Of a DNA stretch of 64,000 nt, positions 12,915 through 25,570 are shown piece after piece. Position 1 is the stretch's first letter, and every line of letters begins with the position of its first letter. The DNA lies in the NCBI GenBank assembly GCA_964016885.1, contig OZ024757.1, positions 16,678,001 to 16,742,000 on the forward strand, in the 5' to 3' direction. A program made the position numbers and the translations under genes. This stretch comes from Eledone cirrhosa. Its lineage: Eukaryota. A model generated the notes under the pieces. The model ran no database searches and was not told the origin of the DNA. It saw only the letters and a program-made list of their open reading frames with translations.

Positions 12915-13503
12915 TAATAAAAATAATGAATAAAACAAAGAAGCAGTTCCTTATATTAAAAAGTTCATAGATATGTATATTCCCTCTGATAGTTTGTAAA
13001 AATTTTACATAGATCTATATGATATACATACCAACACAAACATATATATCCTAGAAACGATCGAAAAATGATGAATTTTTTAATATAAGGATCTGTTTCT
13101 TTGTTTTTATTCATTATTTTTATTAATTTATCTTGACTCTGTTTTCCTGTGATTTTCATCGGAAAAAAAATGTTTGAATACATCTTCTCTTTTCATGATA
13201 TTTGGATTACATTGAGTTCTTCATACGGATTGGACACTACCGTATATTTTGGTAGATTTATCTACATATATATCTCCCCCTCCGCCTTTTGGGATTCTTT
13301 CTCACGTCGTGTAGACGCGTTCTTGAGGCTAGTAAAATGAGGTATCCTCTTGATAAGTCGGCAGACCTCGCAGGGACTCTATATCTTTATGATGTATTGT
13401 TTTTGTTTATGCCACGAAAATACGTAGTCGAGGAATCTAGGAGCAGTTTAGGTATGATACATTTTATTACTAATTATATCTAAATGTTTCTTCTCTCTTC
13501 ATA

Positions 13504-13562
<59 letters not shown>

Positions 13563-13570
<8 letters not shown>

Positions 13571-13967
13571 TAAACGGAATAGAAAATGCTGACAAATTGT
13601 TCACAGTTGAAAAATGGTTTAATTAGGAATAAAAGAGTATTAGTGATTGTATGGGTTAGTATTCAGTTGTGGTTTTAAGTTTTTAAGTTTTTACCGGTTG
13701 CGCATTTCTAAATGCTTTTCAAAAATAATTTTGAGATAGAGTGTCCGTGCTGTTTACTCTGATCTCAAAATTATTTTTGAAAAGCATTTAGAAATGCGCA
13801 ACCGGTAAAAACTTAAAAACTTAAAACCACAACTGAATACTAACCCATACAATCACTACTACTCTTTTATTCCTAATTAAACCATTTTTCAACTGTGAAC
13901 AATTTGTCAGCATTTTCTATTCCGTTTACCAATATATAATAACTTGTGTGTTACACCTCTATTCTTT

Positions 13968-13971
<4 letters not shown>
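13563..13971. mobile_element. Fold-back element: ~175-bp near-perfect inverted repeat plus ~33-bp one-sided tail, in (TA)n
   Basis: 13563-13737 is the reverse complement of 13762-13936; unique tail at 13939-13971. Confidence 0.8.
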
Positions 13972-14037
<66 letters not shown>

Positions 14038-14193
14038 GCCGAGGTTAACTTTGCCTTTCATCCTTACGGGGGTCTCGATAAAATAAAGTACCAGTAATGC
14101 ACTGGGTAATTGCTGGCCTTGTGCCAAAAGTAGAAACAATTATGTATAGTAATAATAAATGTGAATACTAAAATCCGAAGAGGGCTCGATAAG

Positions 14194-14439
<246 letters not shown>

Positions 14440-14442
<3 letters not shown>

Positions 14443-14830
14443 GGATATGTGTTCCTACACGCACAAAGCGCTAAGGGACACATGTATTGTCCAACCATAT
14501 GCCAGTGTGGTTCAATGGCAGGTTAATAAATTAACGAGCCAGAACATATATAATCAAGGTTTAGCAAATAATGAAAAAGTTTCAAAATAAATTTTAAAAA
14601 ATTGACTTTACCTACTAGCGCTAGTTCGTAATTTAAATTCAAGAATTTTATATTCTTCGAATGAAAAGAACCTTCTGACGAGAATCTTTCTTTGCAACGA
14701 AGGCCGTATAGTCTCCGTTTATTTTTGAGATTCGAAACCGATTCGGTAAAGGTAACTATAGTAGGTAAAGTCAATTTTTTTAAAATTTATTTTGAAACTT
14801 TTTCATTATTTGCTAAACCTTGATTATATA
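14440..14830. mobile_element. Fold-back Penelope-like remnant (inverted arms ~14546-14617 / ~14759-14830) with central hammerhead
   Basis: Inverted arms read directly; a second copy lies at 48598-48822. Confidence 0.75.
14670..14753 (+). ncRNA. Type I hammerhead ribozyme motif (complete)
   Basis: ACCTT CTGACGA GAATCT...AGATTC GAAAC CGATTCG GTA AAGGT. Stem I ACCTT/AAGGT, core CUGANGA + GAAA, GUA cleavage triplet. Confidence 0.85.
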
Positions 14831-15004
14831 TATATATATATATATATATAGTGTGTGTAGAGAGAATAAAGGAAACACAAACATAGAGTAGAAATAGACA
14901 TTTCCCCTCTTCAGTTGACTACTGCGGGTCTCGGATGTTTCGCCACATTAAAGCCAATACATCTATCCAAAGTGCGATTAATAACTTAGTATTTAAACCT
15001 AGCG

Positions 15005-15295
15005 AAGCTGCGTGGCTTAATGCTAAGATCGTGAATTTTATTCTCGACTCGATTGTAGCGTTGTGTCCTTGAGTAAGATACTTTATTTCACGTTGCTCCA
15101 GTTCACTCAGCTGGTAAAAATCAATTATATCTGAAATTCAAGTGGGGCAGCTTTATCACAAACTGTTTCACACTGAAGCTCCCAGAGATAGACATGGGAT
15201 GCTCAGCCAATTGCACGTAAAATGCAGTTGCTGGCTGTTCCATTGATTGAATCAACTGGTACAGTGGTCGTTGGAAACGAAGGTGACCCACCATT
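15005..15295 (+). mobile_element. tRNA-derived SINE (family 1, degenerate)
   Basis: GTTGTGTCCTTGAGTAAGATACTTTATTTCACGTTGCTCCAGTTCACTCAGCTG core. Confidence 0.65.
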
Positions 15296-15319
15296 TGTAC
15301 CTACAAATGTGTTTGTATA

Positions 15320-15600
<281 letters not shown>

Positions 15601-15911
15601 GTATAATAATACGTCTTCAGAGCAACAATGAGCTTTAAGTAGATATGCTAGAAACAACAGCTACATTTCTCTCAAATCCTATTCTACCATCTTAAAATGA
15701 AACGGACACACATCGCATAGAGGTTTACTAGATACGATGGGATGGTCATGTGTGGATTGGCTTCGATCTTATCTTGACCTCTTAGTGAAACAACAGCAAT
15801 TTCTACTATCTTAGCAACAACAACAGCAACAGTTGTAACCATGGCGACCGCTATGATGTCACTCACTAAACGGATATGTAATTAAAAAGATTATAATTGT
15901 GATATTATATC

Positions 15912-16990
15912 GGTGGTGGCGGTGGCGGCGGTGACGTTGGTGGTGGTGGTGGTGGCGATGGCGGTGGTGGCGGCGGTGACGTTGGTGGTGGTGGTGGTGG
16001 TGGTGGTGGCGACGGCGGTGGTGGCGGCGACGGTAGTGGTGGTGGTGCTGTGGTTGTGGATGGTGGTGGTAGTGGTTGTGCTGATGGTGGTGGTGGTGGG
16101 GGTGTTGGTTGTGGTGATGATGGTGGTTGGTGGTGGTGGTGGTAATGAGGATGGTGTTGATGGTGGTGGTGGTGTTGGTTGTGGTGATGATGGTGGTTGT
16201 GGTGGTGGTGGTAATGAGGATAGTGTTGATGGTGGTGGTGTTGGTTGTGGTGATGATGGTGGTTGGTGGTGGTGGTGGTAATGAGGATGGTGTTGATGGT
16301 GGTGGTGGTGGTGGTTGTGGTGATGATGGTGGTTGGTGGTGGTGGTAATGAGGATGGTGTTGATGGTGGTGGTGGTGTTGGTTGTGGTGATGATGGTGGT
16401 TGGTGGTGGTGGTGGTAGTGGTTGTGCTGATGGTGGTGGTGGTGGTGGTGGTGTTGGTTGTGGTGATGATGGTGGTTGGTGGTGGTGGTAATGAGGATGG
16501 TGCTGATGGTGGTGGTGGTGTTGGTTGTGGTGATGATGGTGGTTGGTGGTGGTGGTAATGAGGATGGTGCTGATGGTGGTGGTGGTGTTGGTTGTGGTGA
16601 TGATGGTGGTTGTGGTGGTGATGGTGGCGGTGGCGGTGGTGTTGGCTGTGGTGGTGATGGTGGTTGGTGGTGGTGATAGTGGCGGTGGTGTTCGTCATGC
16701 GCTGTTATTGGTAGTGGTTGGTGTGGTGTTGGTGATAGTGTTGTTGTTGATGGAGGTTGTGGTGGTGGTTGTGGTGGTGGTGAGGGTGGGGGTGGTCATC
16801 GTCGTGTTGGTGGTGCTGGTGGTTATAGGTGTGGTGGCTTGGTAACGTTTGTGATAGTGGCTGTGATAATGGTGGTGATAGTGGTGTTGTTGGTGGTGTT
16901 GGTGATTGTGGTGGAGGTGGTGGCATAAATGGATGATTGTGGTGGAGGTGGTGGCATAAATGGATGATAGTGGTTGTATGGTGGTGAGGA
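15912..16990. repeat. (GGT)n-derived degenerate repeat with a ~65-bp higher-order unit (GGTAATGAGGAT...GGTTGTGGTGATGAT)
   Basis: Read directly. Confidence 0.85.
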
Positions 16991-17254
16991 CGATGGTAAT
17001 TGCGTTATATGTCGAAGCATTAATGATTCTCAGTGTCAATGCTGCAGTATATAAGTTCAGTCCCACCTCAAGACACCTGTAAAATCTTGGGAATGCTTGT
17101 TACAAACAAGCTGAAACTACTAGGCGTTGCGGAAGTGTTCATGCCTTTATATATATATATATATATAAAATAAAGTACCAGCAATGTACTGGGATAATTG
17201 CTGGCCTTGTGCCAAAAAGTAGAAAATGATATTTGTGTTTTAACCTTTACTATA

Positions 17255-17301
17255 CACTCCGATGATCCCGGCCTTGTGCTAGGATGAAACGATCGTAAGT
17301 G
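17255..17301 (+). ncRNA. Minimal hammerhead motif, CCGATGA core variant
   Basis: CACT CCGATGA TCCCGGC..GCTAGGA T GAAAC GATC GTA AGTG; palindromic GATC in loop III. Confidence 0.65.
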
Positions 17302-17430
17302 ATTACATTTAAATGTTCAAAAACACTCTTTGATTGTTGTTTATAAAGTATTTCGGCTCTGTAATATACTTGTTATTTTACATTGAGCTATTCTCATACT
17401 TGTAATTGGATAATATTTAATGTTACCCAC

Positions 17431-17475
<45 letters not shown>

Positions 17476-17478
<3 letters not shown>

Positions 17479-17795
17479 AAAGTTCTATTTAAAATTGTTG
17501 GGATACAACAAGTAAATATTTTATAACTGATATAAAGCACTCGACAAGTTTTTGGAGTAGATATACGATATTAATAAATGGAAACTATATTTATAAAACC
17601 ATATTTATTTCATTATACATATTTCAGGGATACCAAATTAAAATATGGTATGCCTTCATCAGACAAAATACAATATATAAACAGTTTTATAGATAATTTA
17701 GACGTACCCTATTAAATGCAACCATTATTTTTGGAAGCTGTCTGTATAATGAAATAAATATGGTTTTATAAATATAGTTTCCATTTATTAATATC

Positions 17796-17800
<5 letters not shown>
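17476..17800 (-). mobile_element. Fold-back Penelope-like remnant (arms 17561-17620 / 17743-17800, ~85-bp tail) in (TA)n
   Basis: Inverted arms read directly; same hammerhead type as 50083-50435. Confidence 0.75.
17606..17670 (-). ncRNA. Minimal hammerhead motif
   Basis: Minus strand: TATTTTGT CTGATGA AGGCATACCA..TGGTATCCCT GAAA TATGT ATA ATGAAATA. 8-bp stem I (two G-U pairs), AUA cleavage triplet. Confidence 0.7.
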
Positions 17801-17845
<45 letters not shown>

Positions 17846-18059
17846 TGCTTATCTTCATACTCTGAACAAAGGTGCTACCCAAGGTCTCAAGGTCCAAGTT
17901 TGACCATTCCTCCAGAAAATATGAGGCATCAAATTAGTGACCTTTCTTCGGGCGTTAATACGAGTTTATAAGATATCGTTAAGAGTAAAGTTTATTAGAA
18001 AGTCGGGGCCGGACGGCTGAGCTCTTGCCGTTACGACTCTAAGTCTAGTCTGTAAATCT

Positions 18060-18348
18060 AAAGACTGTCTCAAGCCAGAAGGCTTATCAGGCCAGTGCTT
18101 ATTCAGGTTTCCTGGCGTGAAGCGACTGAGAGTACAAGACTCTCCCCTGGACAGGATGTCAGTCCATCGTAGGGTAAATCCCCAGCTATTGCTAGGACAC
18201 ATTTTCAGCTGAGTATACTGGAGCAATGTGAAATGAAGTGTTTTTCTCAAGAACACAACACACAACGCACAACCCAGTCCAGGAATCGAACCCACGACAT
18301 TATGATTGTAAGTCAAATACCATTACCACTAGGCCACGTGCCTCCACA
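18060..18348 (-). mobile_element. tRNA-derived SINE (family 1), near full length
   Basis: A box GTGGCCTAGTGGTAA, B box GGTTCGATTCC, conserved core, and CCCTACGATGGACTG..CCTGTCCAGGGG segment. Confidence 0.85.
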
Positions 18349-18687
18349 CTAGATATACAATGCGTAAATGGTGCACGTCTCTATGGAAATGCTAAGTCAC
18401 ATGCACAAGAAAGGTGATCCATTGTTCGAATTACTGGAACACTCGTCGTTGAAACCGACGTAGGTCCACCATCACACTAGATATACAATGCATAGGATGT
18501 TTGTCAGCTGGAAAACTTCGCTTTTGCTCATGAGTCTTCTCAGTGAGTGCTAACCTAAAGCTAAACAACCACAACAAAGCAAGAATCACATACATCTAGG
18601 TTGCCTTCAATTTTTCGAATTTTGTTATCTGTCCATCTCTCATTGCCATTACCTTCAAATAACACACTACTCTCTACAATATGCATT

Positions 18688-19092
18688 ATGTGGAGTCTGT
18701 GCTGCTGTACGGGTCTGAGACTTGAACACTGACCAAGAAACTCACTCAGATGGTGGATGGGTGCTACACGAGAATGCTGAGGATGGCTCTGAACATAGAA
18801 CTGTACGGGAGTCTCCCAAAAGTCAGCTCGAAAGTAACACAGGGGAGACTGGGGTTAGCTGGATATGCTCACCGACATTCACAGTTGACACTGCACTCAG
18901 TGGTCCTGTGGGAGCCCCTGCACGGACACACTAGAAGAGGGAGACCGAGGTTGACATATGTTGATGCCCTAAGGACAGAGCCCAGTCTCTTGGAGACGCA
19001 GGACATGGCCACGATGATGAAGGACAGAGACCGCTGGAGAGAACTCGTCCATGGATCTCGGGAATTTTACTCGCCCTAATTAGATAGATAGA
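18688..19092 (+). mobile_element. RTE-type LINE 3' fragment with (TAGA)n tail
   Basis: Translates VESVLLYGSET..., DGCYTRMLRMALNI, RLGLAGYAHRH, LWEP..G..RRGRPRLTYVD. Confidence 0.8.
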
Positions 19093-19407
19093 CACCTTGA
19101 TTCAAGCAAAACTACAACACCTTCTTAAGAATTATAACCCCCCCCCCCCATATAGTGTCGTCTGCCAAACACCTTCATCCAGTAACACCTTATTATATTT
19201 CTTCCATTTTGATATTTATGTATGAACCCGTTGCTCCTGATGGAGGCGTAAGGGTTCCCTTGAGTCATGCGGTGTTTCTTGAGCACTTTAAACCTGGCAA
19301 AGCCCATCCTCGCTCCAGATCTGAACACACCTCATTTCTCCCATTTCAATATGTATCTATAAACCCGTTGCTCTTGGCGGGTCGTAGGGGCGCCAAATAA
19401 TAATAAT

Positions 19408-20186
19408 ATGGAACTGGTTAAAAAGAGGAGACCTTAAAAAAGCTACAGAAGGAATTCTAATGGCTGCGCAAGAGCAAGCCCTCAGAACGAAGTGGATGAA
19501 ACACCATATTGACAAGGAGGAGGCTAGCTCACTCTGTAGGGTCTGTGGAGAGACAGAGGGGAGACTGTGGCTCACATTGTATCCGAATGTAAACACCTAG
19601 TCGAGACTCACTATAAAGGCTGGAAACATGATGTGATAGGCAGGGTGATCCACTGGCATCTATGAAACTAAACAATTTACCACATTCTGAGAAGTGGTAT
19701 GAGCATAAGCCAGAGTGGGTGATAGAAAACGATCAGGTGAAGGTGCTATGGGATTTTAGGATACAGACGGACAAGAAATTAGAACACAATAGGCCTGACC
19801 TGGTGGTTTTGGACAAGAAAAAAAGATCGTGCCTGATTGTAGATGTAGCTTGCCCATTTGACACGAGAGTCTAAGAAAAGGAGAGGGAGAAAATTAACCG
19901 ATACCAGGATTTACAGTGGGAGTTTAAAAAAGATTTGGAACTGCCATGAAATGAAGGTCGTCCTGATTGTCATAGGAGCACTAGATACTATCGCAAAGAG
20001 TTTCCAAGGATGGTTAAAGAAGATTAGTCCAGCCCCGTTTTTTGGAACACTCCAAAAAGCATGCTTGCTGGGCACAGCAAGAACCCTCCGATACGTCCTG
20101 AATGCCTGAGGCTGCAGGTAGTGGCTTTATATTCATTTCAACTAACTTTCCAGTTAACTAACATCAATGACTGAGACTTAAAGAAC
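19408..20186 (+). mobile_element. R4/Dong-type (RLE endonuclease) LINE 3' fragment in (TAA)n
   Basis: Frameshifted remnant with AAQEQAL, CRVC..H..C zinc finger, LWDFRIQTD..HNRPDLVV..IVDVACP RLE motifs; (TAA)n on both sides. Confidence 0.9.
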
Positions 20187-20200
20187 AATAATAATAATAA

Positions 20201-20230
<30 letters not shown>

Positions 20231-20232
<2 letters not shown>

Positions 20233-20578
20233 TTTGAGTCCCAGTCATTGATGTTAGTTAACTGGAAAGTCTGTTCAAATGAACATCAAGCCACTACCTG
20301 CAGCCTCAGATATTCAGGACGTATCGGAGGGTTCTTGCTGTTCCCAGCAAGCATGCCTTTTGAAGCGTTCCAAAAAGCGTGAAGGGGCCAATTTTCTATA
20401 ACCATCCCTGGAAACTTTTTGAGATAGTCCCTAGTGCGCCTATGACAATCGGGATCACTTTGACTTCATGGCAGTTCCAAATCCTTTTTACCTCCCACTT
20501 TAACTCCTGATATCGGTTAATTTTCTCCCTCTCCTTCTCTTGCACTCTCGTGTCGAATGGGCAGGCCACATCCACAAT
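20231..20578 (-). mobile_element. R4/Dong-type LINE 3' fragment, same family as 19408-20186, tail-to-tail
   Basis: IVDVACPFDTRVQEKEREKINRYQELKWEVKRIW; 3' UTR homologous to the plus-strand copy. Confidence 0.88.
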
Positions 20579-20597
20579 ATTATTATTATTATTATTA

Positions 20598-21880
20598 CAG
20601 TTGCATTTATCTTGCTTTATGTTCATACGAGTTATCACCAAGTCACAACCAGTGACCTCAAGAGACAACAAGGTCCGCCATGTTCAAGAAAGAACATACA
20701 TACTCACACATGCATCTTTAGTGTTTAGACTTGTGATGTACTTATATTGACAGAATCTTCCTTAGTATATGGGCAGTTCCCATTAGTACTATCTTTTGTA
20801 TTTCTCCTATACGCGGGTTTCCTGGGATTTGCGATAAGTAATCATTAGACCCCTTAGGTATCATTCCCAGAGCGCCTACAACCACTGGTATTGTTTTAGT
20901 TCTCAATTTCCACATTTTTCCAATTTCTATCTCCAGGTCCTTATACTTGTTCAATTTTTCAAATGTTTTTATAGATACATTCTTGTCTATTGGAACGGAC
21001 ATATCAATTAGCAGGCATACCCTCTTTTGAAAGTCCTTCAATATTATATCAGGTCTATTTGCATCTATTTTTCGGTCTGTTTGGATGCTAAAGTTCCACA
21101 AGATTGAGATGTGATCTTTTTCAAGTATGGGAGGTGGTTGATGCTCCCACCAATTCTTTTGATGGGGCAGGTCAAAATGCTTACACATTATCCAATGTAT
21201 GTATTGTGCAGCTCTGTCATGCCTGTTTAGGTATTCGGTTGGAGCTATAGGACTGCACATTGAAATTATATGGTCAATGGTCTCTGGTTGTTTTTTGCAT
21301 ACACGGCATAATGGGCTGCACCCATTTTTTATTATGTTGGCTTGGTAATTTTTTGTTGGCAGACACTGATCTTGTGCCGATATAATCAGTCCTTCAGTCT
21401 CCGATTTCAGTCCAGAGGATGCCAACCACTGATGGGTTAAAGTTTTGTCAACACCAGGATTGTTAGCTCGCTCTGGGTATTTTCCATACAGAGGCTTTTC
21501 TTGCCATTTCTTAGCCAGTTTCTGTAGCAGTTCTTTCTTTGCAGTTACTTTTACCTGCTTTGCTTTTTCTGTGTTTTCCATTTCAGCAGTAAATGGGACT
21601 TCTGAAATTTGTAGTCCATTACTGTATCTTTGTGCATCTTTTGTAATGGAATATGATCTTTTGGTGCTTTCGTGTTTCAAAACGAGTTTGATCATCCAAT
21701 CATGTGATTCCCTTAGATATGTGGATAATCCAATTGTTGCAGTTTTTTCAACGCAATGTCTAACTGGATTAACCCACGTCCTCCTTCTTTCCTAGGGAGA
21801 TATATTCTATCTATGTCTGCCTTAGATATATTCTATCTATGTCTGTGCATGGTTAAGAATTTTCGGATTTTTGTATCGAG
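20598..21880 (-). mobile_element. R4/Dong-type LINE 3' fragment (second family), 317-aa open frame 20742-21695
   Basis: SETEGLIISAQDQCL, CRVCKKQPETIDHIISMC, RHD, NRPDIIL..IDMSVP, KYKDLEIEI. Confidence 0.9.
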
Positions 21881-21947
21881 CCTACGGATCTCTGTGCTTG
21901 ACCAGTTGATGACATTGTAACTGTAGGTTACTACTGGTATGGCAAGC

Positions 21948-22013
<66 letters not shown>

Positions 22014-22255
22014 GGTGATCTGCTCTCGCCATATTGCTATCAATATTATCGACCTCGAAAGGATGAACGGCAAAGTTGAACTCGACAAGACTTGAGCCGA
22101 GAATACAGAGAGGTCTGAAAATTTAATCCGACACTATAATGGTACCGCCAGTTCACCGCCGCCGCTCATACTCACAGACAACACCTCCTCCCTCCTCACG
22201 TAGTATTCAGGGAACAATTTGAGCCAAACCTTGGAAAACAAATACCGTTACAAAA

Positions 22256-22316
<61 letters not shown>

Positions 22317-22469
22317 GATATAGATAAAATCATACATACATATATATATATCAACACACGTTTACCTTCAAGTAAAATGATGCATTTAATTATCGTTTTC
22401 AAATTCCAAGGATAGTACGATTTTGCAGTTATTCCCGCAAGAACCTTTCTTGAAAATATTATTATGAAT

Positions 22470-22524
<55 letters not shown>

Positions 22525-22634
22525 ACAACATCATCATCATTATTATTATTTTATTATTATCATTGCCTATTGCAGTTAATAATTGGCTTGTCTGTGCAAT
22601 ATGGCGAGAGGAAATCGCCAAGAAAATTAAAATG

Positions 22635-22685
<51 letters not shown>

Positions 22686-22992
22686 GAATCAATAAATAAA
22701 TAAAGTAATAAATGCTGGACATAAAGAAGAAATAGGAATTGTTAGCTTTCTGAAATCTTCACTTCAGATATTATTGACGTCAGCTAATAACTGCACGAGA
22801 TTTCTGTAAACAGCGGACGCCTACATGACCGTATGGTGACAGAGTTCGCATCCTGACACAGTGCTGCCATAAAATAGTGCTATCTACTGCATGTAAGCCA
22901 TTATTCTCACCCAAACCCCGGTTATTCAATACCTTGTTTGTGTCTTTGTATGTATGCATGCATGTATGTGTATATATGTGTGTATATATATA

Positions 22993-23046
<54 letters not shown>

Positions 23047-23050
<4 letters not shown>

Positions 23051-23209
23051 AACGAGTAGGACCCCGACGGCTGAGCTCAAGCCGTTTCGACGGCTAGTTC
23101 TGGACGCCGTCGGGGTCCTACTCGTTCCCATTACCCACTCTACTACCCTAAGTATTGAGTACTTTGGTGCGTTATGGTCCACCTGGTTCCTTACCACATT
23201 TCTTTCGTT
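23047..23209 (+). mobile_element. Palindromic family A element in (TA)n
   Basis: Arm, partly deleted centre, and 80-bp tail TTACCCACTCTACTACCCTAAGTATTGAGTAC...TTCGTT. Confidence 0.85.
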
Positions 23210-23286
23210 ATATATATATATATATATATATATATACAAATAAAAATGGCATAGACATTACAATACAACGGTAGGAAACATAATAG

Positions 23287-23330
23287 TACCACTGATGATG
23301 TCACAGGTGTGTGATGAAAGAACTTTGATA
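23287..23330 (+). ncRNA. Degenerate hammerhead-like motif in a 100-bp island between (TA)n tracts
   Basis: TACCA CTGATGA TGTCACA GGTG TGTGAT GAAAGAACTT TGATA; stems I and III imperfect. Confidence 0.4.
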
Positions 23331-23333
23331 GAC

Positions 23334-23378
<45 letters not shown>

Positions 23379-23590
23379 ATGTATTTTTAATCGCTGGTCT
23401 ATCAATGATTAACATTGATTGCTAGACAAACTAACTATGGAGATATAAAGGATACAGAAACGAAAACCAATCCAAACCAAACAATGAGTGTGTTTTATAT
23501 ATTTATATATATAACAATATACACAGAGGTCTCCACAGTAGGTTGTAGGGTCTATTCTGCTTGAAGAACTCGATGTAATCCATATGTTGA

Positions 23591-23691
<101 letters not shown>

Positions 23692-23773
23692 CTAGAAATT
23701 GATTAACATATATATAAACATGAATAATTTTGATTTACATTAAATTCATTTAATTTATCTTAATTCTGGATAT

Positions 23774-23810
<37 letters not shown>

Positions 23811-23835
23811 TACTTATACACTGTATATCCCTATA

Positions 23836-23943
<108 letters not shown>

Positions 23944-23953
23944 TACTTATACA

Positions 23954-24054
<101 letters not shown>

Positions 24055-24527
24055 TTTGTCTCTCTCTCTGTCTGTTCCTATGCATTCTCAAACGGCTGGA
24101 CCAAATCAAATCAAATTTTACAAGGTAATAGTATTAGACCCCATGTGTGTCAACATAATTTTTGGGATTAAAACAATATGACACTTTATTTGAGATAATC
24201 TACTATAGATAACTATAACTAAACGGATATTTTATAACACGACGACGACGTCACATTTTGTATATGAGTGTGTATGTGTCTGTGAGTGTGTTTGTGTGTG
24301 TGTTTGTGCGTGCGTTACGTACGTTACGCCTTAGTAAGTTACATACACACATACATCTTCACGTAAATGCTTAATCAGATACACAGAGAATTAAACACAC
24401 GATTCGGACGCTGGTTTACACATACACAACGCGCGTGCGCACATACACACGCGCGCGGAGGCGCACACGCACACGCATCGCATACATTTACATACAATTA
24501 TCTATATCTATATCTACATATAATATA

Positions 24528-24760
24528 AAATATTGGAACTTCAATCATCCTTTTGAGAAACGTGGACCCGCTACTTCTATGCAATGGCACACACTTTACA
24601 GCCAGGAGGATGAGGAACCATCTCCTAGAGGTCACTATTCTTGGAAGCAATCATCAGGGAGAAAATGCATTTATTCCCAAGATTCCTCTTATCCCAAGAT
24701 TCCTCTTATTTACCGAGTTGTCATTCAAATTCTCAAGACTTCGGTTTACCAGCAACTTAA
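24528..24760 (+). mobile_element. Helitron PIF1-type helicase remnant
   Basis: IGTSIILLRNVDPLLLCNGT...EVTILG...FIPKIPLIP...FKFSRLRF matches the Helitron helicase LRNLDP.KLCNGTRL...IPRIPLIP...FEFKRLQFP motif. Confidence 0.75.
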
Positions 24761-25523
24761 TAACGATTAAATTAAACCCTAATAATCCTTAATAGATAAT
24801 TTGAAGATAGGAATGCATAGTATAATATACTTACTATAGCAACATGGCCTGTAATTCGGTGGAATTTACCTTTACCAAACACATACCTATTAACTATAAA
24901 CAACTCAAAAAAATTACATCTCAAACTAAAAGAATTCCATGGTTAATAAATGTGAGTTACAACCAACATATACATCTATATACGAACTACAATATAAAAA
25001 CACTTGAGTGAAAATTACCTACCCAATTCAATCACGTGCTTTGCATGTCACCTCACATAACATATACCTATTTTACCACCACATGCCTCCCTACCATATA
25101 GCACGCCATTTTAAACATTTCTAACACTTATAACATGCTTTAACATTCTACACGAAATATGCTTATTTCAGCTGTAATATAACTCTTTCCTCACAGATGC
25201 CTTATTGATTGTATTAACTCCTGCTTTATATACCCTTAACATTACCTGATCTCCAATGCTAAGATATCTTATATCTTATATCTTATATCTTATGTCTATC
25301 CTATCTTACAGTTTTCCTTGCTTGTAACTTTTTTTGCCTGAACCTTTTTTGCTTGTACCTCTTACACTTTCAACCAGTGCTCCTTGTAATTGTTTTCTCT
25401 CAAGTATAACATCTTTTTAACTCCTGATTCTCTACATGATGTCTATGACACTGATAACAGTTATGTATCTACCTAAATGTTCTGAATGACTAGGATTTTA
25501 ATCACCTGTTTAGACATTCCCTA

Positions 25524-25570
25524 TGCTCCGATGATTCCAGAGTTCCCTCTGGAAGAAACAATTGTCAGCA
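25524..25570 (+). ncRNA. Minimal hammerhead motif, CCGATGA core variant
   Basis: TGCT CCGATGA TTCCAGAG TTCC CTCTGGAA GAAAC AATT GTC AGCA. Perfect 8-bp stem II, palindromic AATT loop III, GUC triplet; ~40 bp before (TA)n. Confidence 0.8.

Noticed and set aside
18060-18348. tRNA gene call for A/B-box-containing sequences
   Set aside because: No full cloverleaf; the boxes continue into a multi-copy SINE body.
22768-22892. Possible plus-strand exon between a CTTCAG acceptor and a GTAAGC donor
   Set aside because: Stops in all three frames and no other support.
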